Origin: Pseudodesulfovibrio mercurii
GTDB taxonomy: Bacteria > Desulfobacterota > Desulfovibrionia > Desulfovibrionales > Desulfovibrionaceae
Direction of reading: 5' to 3'
Assembly: GCF_000189295.2 (NCBI RefSeq)
Contig: NC_016803.1
Span: 2,010,001 to 2,042,000 of the forward strand
DNA: 32,000 nt
The translations under genes and the position numbers were made by a program. Position 1 is the stretch's first letter. Every line of letters begins with the position of its first letter. This document shows positions 30,362 to 32,000 of the stretch, piece by piece. The notes beneath the pieces were generated by a model. The model saw only the letters and a program-made list of their open reading frames with translations, ran no database searches and was not told the origin of the DNA.

Positions 30362-31987
30362 ATGAACATCGGACAGTACACCTTTGAGGAATTCAAGCAA
30401 AAGGCCAAGGAATTTCACGGCTATCCCGCTCCGGGCCTGCTCATCGGCGGGTACATGGTGGAGGCGGCCAAGGCCCGGCTGCCCGAGGGCACCCTGTTCG
30501 AGGCCATGGTCGAGTCCGGCAAGTGCCTGCCCGACGCGGTCCAGCTCCTGACCCTGTGCTCCACGGGCAACAACTGGATGAAGGTCAAACTGCTCGGGCG
30601 CTACGCCGTGTCCCTGTACGACAAGTTCACGGGCAAGGGGTTCCGGGTGGCCATCGACCAGGAGAAACTCAAGCTCTGGCCCGAGATCCACGACTGGTTC
30701 ATGAAGGAGAAGCCGAAGGCCGAGCAGGACACGGAACGGCTCTTCCGCGAGATCGAGGAGGCCGGGGACACCATCTGCTCCATCCGGCCCGTGACCATCG
30801 CCAAGAAATACCTCGGCCACGGCCACATGACCACCATCGACGTCTGCCCGGTCTGCGGCGAGGCCTACCCCAGTTCGGACGGCTCCATCTGCCGGGGCTG
30901 CCAGGGCGAGGCCCCCTATGAATCCATGGAGGGGGCCGTCTGCGCCGACGACGCCCCGGACCTCAAGGTCATGCCCGTGGAACAGGCCGTGGGCCGGAAG
31001 GCGGTCCACGACATGACCGGCATCCGGCCCGGCGAGTCCAAGGGACCCATCACCAAGGCGGGCGACATTCTCGGCATCGGCGACGTCTGCCGGTTGCAGC
31101 GCATCGGCAAGTTCAACGTCTACGACGCCGAGGCCATCCCCGGCGACGAGTGGGTCCACGAGAACGACGCGGTCAAGGCGTTCGCGAAACGCATGGCCGG
31201 GCCGGGCATCACCTATGACGCCGATCCCGAGGAGGGCAAGATCAACTTCTTCGCCGACCGCGACGGCATGCTGTCCATCGACCTGGACGCCCTCTCCCGG
31301 TTCAACCTCTCCCCGGACGTCATGCTGGCCACCCGGCACGACGGCTCGCTCATGCCCAAGGGCAAGGGCGTGGCCGGGACCAGGGCCATCCCCCTGTACA
31401 TCTCCCGCGACCGGTTCTCGCGCGCCCTGACCGCGCTGGGCGAGGGCCCGGTCCTGTCCGTGCTGCCGCTCAAGGCGGCCAAGGTCGGCATCCTGGTCAC
31501 CGGCACCGAGGTCTTCCAGGGGCTCATCGAGGACAAGTTCATCCCGATCATCTCGTCCAAGGTCATCAAGCTCGGCTGCACCGTGCACATGACCGACATC
31601 GTGCCGGACGAGCGCGAGGCCATCACCAACGCGGCCAAGGCCATGCTCAACGGCGAGTGCGATCTGATCGTGACCACGGCGGGCATGTCCGTGGACCCGG
31701 ACGACGTGACCCGCGCGGCCCTGGTGGACGCCGGGCTGCACGCCGACCACTACGGCGTGCCCATGCTGCCCGGCACCATGACCCTGGTGGGCAAGCTCCG
31801 CAAGGCGGACATCATCGGGGTCCCGGCCTGCGCCCTGTTCTACAAGACCACGGCCTTCGACGTGGTCCTGCCCCGCGTGCTCGCCGGGCAGGAGCTGCGC
31901 CGCAAGGATCTGGCGCGGCTGGGCGAGGGCGGGTTCTGCATGAACTGCAAGACCTGCTCCTTCCCCAAGTGCCCCTTCGGCAAGTAG
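30362..31987 (+). CDS. FmdE-domain protein fused to a MoeA/MogA-like molybdopterin-binding (MoCF) region
   Basis: I take the start at ATG 30362. The N-terminus FHGYPAPGLLIGGYMV..CLPDAVQLLTLCSTGN.. is FmdE-like, with a zinc-ribbon-like CPVCGE..CRGC. The C-terminal AKVGILVTGTEVFQG...CDLIVTTAGMSVDPDD..PMLPGTM is MoCF-biosynthesis-like. Confidence 0.8.
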   Translation: MNIGQYTFEEFKQKAKEFHGYPAPGLLIGGYMVEAAKARLPEGTLFEAMVESGKCLPDAVQLLTLCSTGNNWMKVKLLGRYAVSLYDKFTGKGFRVAIDQEKLKLWPEIHDWFMKEKPKAEQDTERLFREIEEAGDTICSIRPVTIAKKYLGHGHMTTIDVCPVCGEAYPSSDGSICRGCQGEAPYESMEGAVCADDAPDLKVMPVEQAVGRKAVHDMTGIRPGESKGPITKAGDILGIGDVCRLQRIGKFNVYDAEAIPGDEWVHENDAVKAFAKRMAGPGITYDADPEEGKINFFADRDGMLSIDLDALSRFNLSPDVMLATRHDGSLMPKGKGVAGTRAIPLYISRDRFSRALTALGEGPVLSVLPLKAAKVGILVTGTEVFQGLIEDKFIPIISSKVIKLGCTVHMTDIVPDEREAITNAAKAMLNGECDLIVTTAGMSVDPDDVTRAALVDAGLHADHYGVPMLPGTMTLVGKLRKADIIGVPACALFYKTTAFDVVLPRVLAGQELRRKDLARLGEGGFCMNCKTCSFPKCPFGK

Positions 31988-32000
31988 CCGGGACCGAACC

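Noticed and set aside
25963-31750. 691-aa (25963-28038) and 549-aa (30101-31750) minus-strand ORFs, plus several plus-strand off-frame ORFs over dsrKJOP
   Set aside because: They are antisense to textbook dsr and FmdE-fusion genes, with a low-complexity Gly/Val/Asp/His/Leu composition.

Overview
The window looks like a high-G+C chromosomal segment from a sulfate-reducing deltaproteobacterium. A Desulfovibrio or Pseudodesulfovibrio relative is my inference, based on a complete dsrMKJOP operon and the codon and GC style. No database search was possible, so every call rests on hand reading of the ORF translations and the DNA.

Most of the window is ordinary core genome:
- htpG (partial, missing from the ORF track because it runs off the window edge), preceded by a MerR-like regulator
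- a MauE/DoxX membrane protein
- a glycine-zipper lipoprotein with a sigma54-type promoter
- an acyltransferase-3 protein
- an Lrp/AsnC regulator followed by ald
- a fused DUF1007-NicO metal transporter
- a solute-binding protein next to a HAMP-PAS histidine kinase
- rng and a radical-SAM protein
- a second PAS histidine kinase
- trmI
- a multi-PAS GGDEF protein
- an RsbRD_N protein followed by dsrMKJOP
- an FmdE/molybdopterin-binding fusion

The one clearly accessory segment is about 11.8-15.6 kb, between the kinase at 9773-11704 and the rng terminator. It holds an unusually short Rhs/YD protein with a glycine-zipper C-terminal tail and a tiny 2-TM ORF. Two start-less orphan cassettes follow, each made of a core-tip repeat, a different tail and a small 2-TM ORF, and each closed by its own terminator. 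G+C is visibly lower across the tails and small ORFs. The window contains no PAAR, VgrG, T6SS, signal peptide or mobility gene. I consider this polymorphic-toxin archive, with presumably membrane-targeting toxins and an unknown delivery route, the best candidate for an undescribed system.

Secondary observations:
- nested inverted repeats and REP-like GC-rich motifs in two long intergenic regions
- an orphan intrinsic terminator
- a possible leaderless gene
- candidate operators

The many long ORFs antisense to, or out of frame with, recognisable genes are treated as high-GC artefacts.
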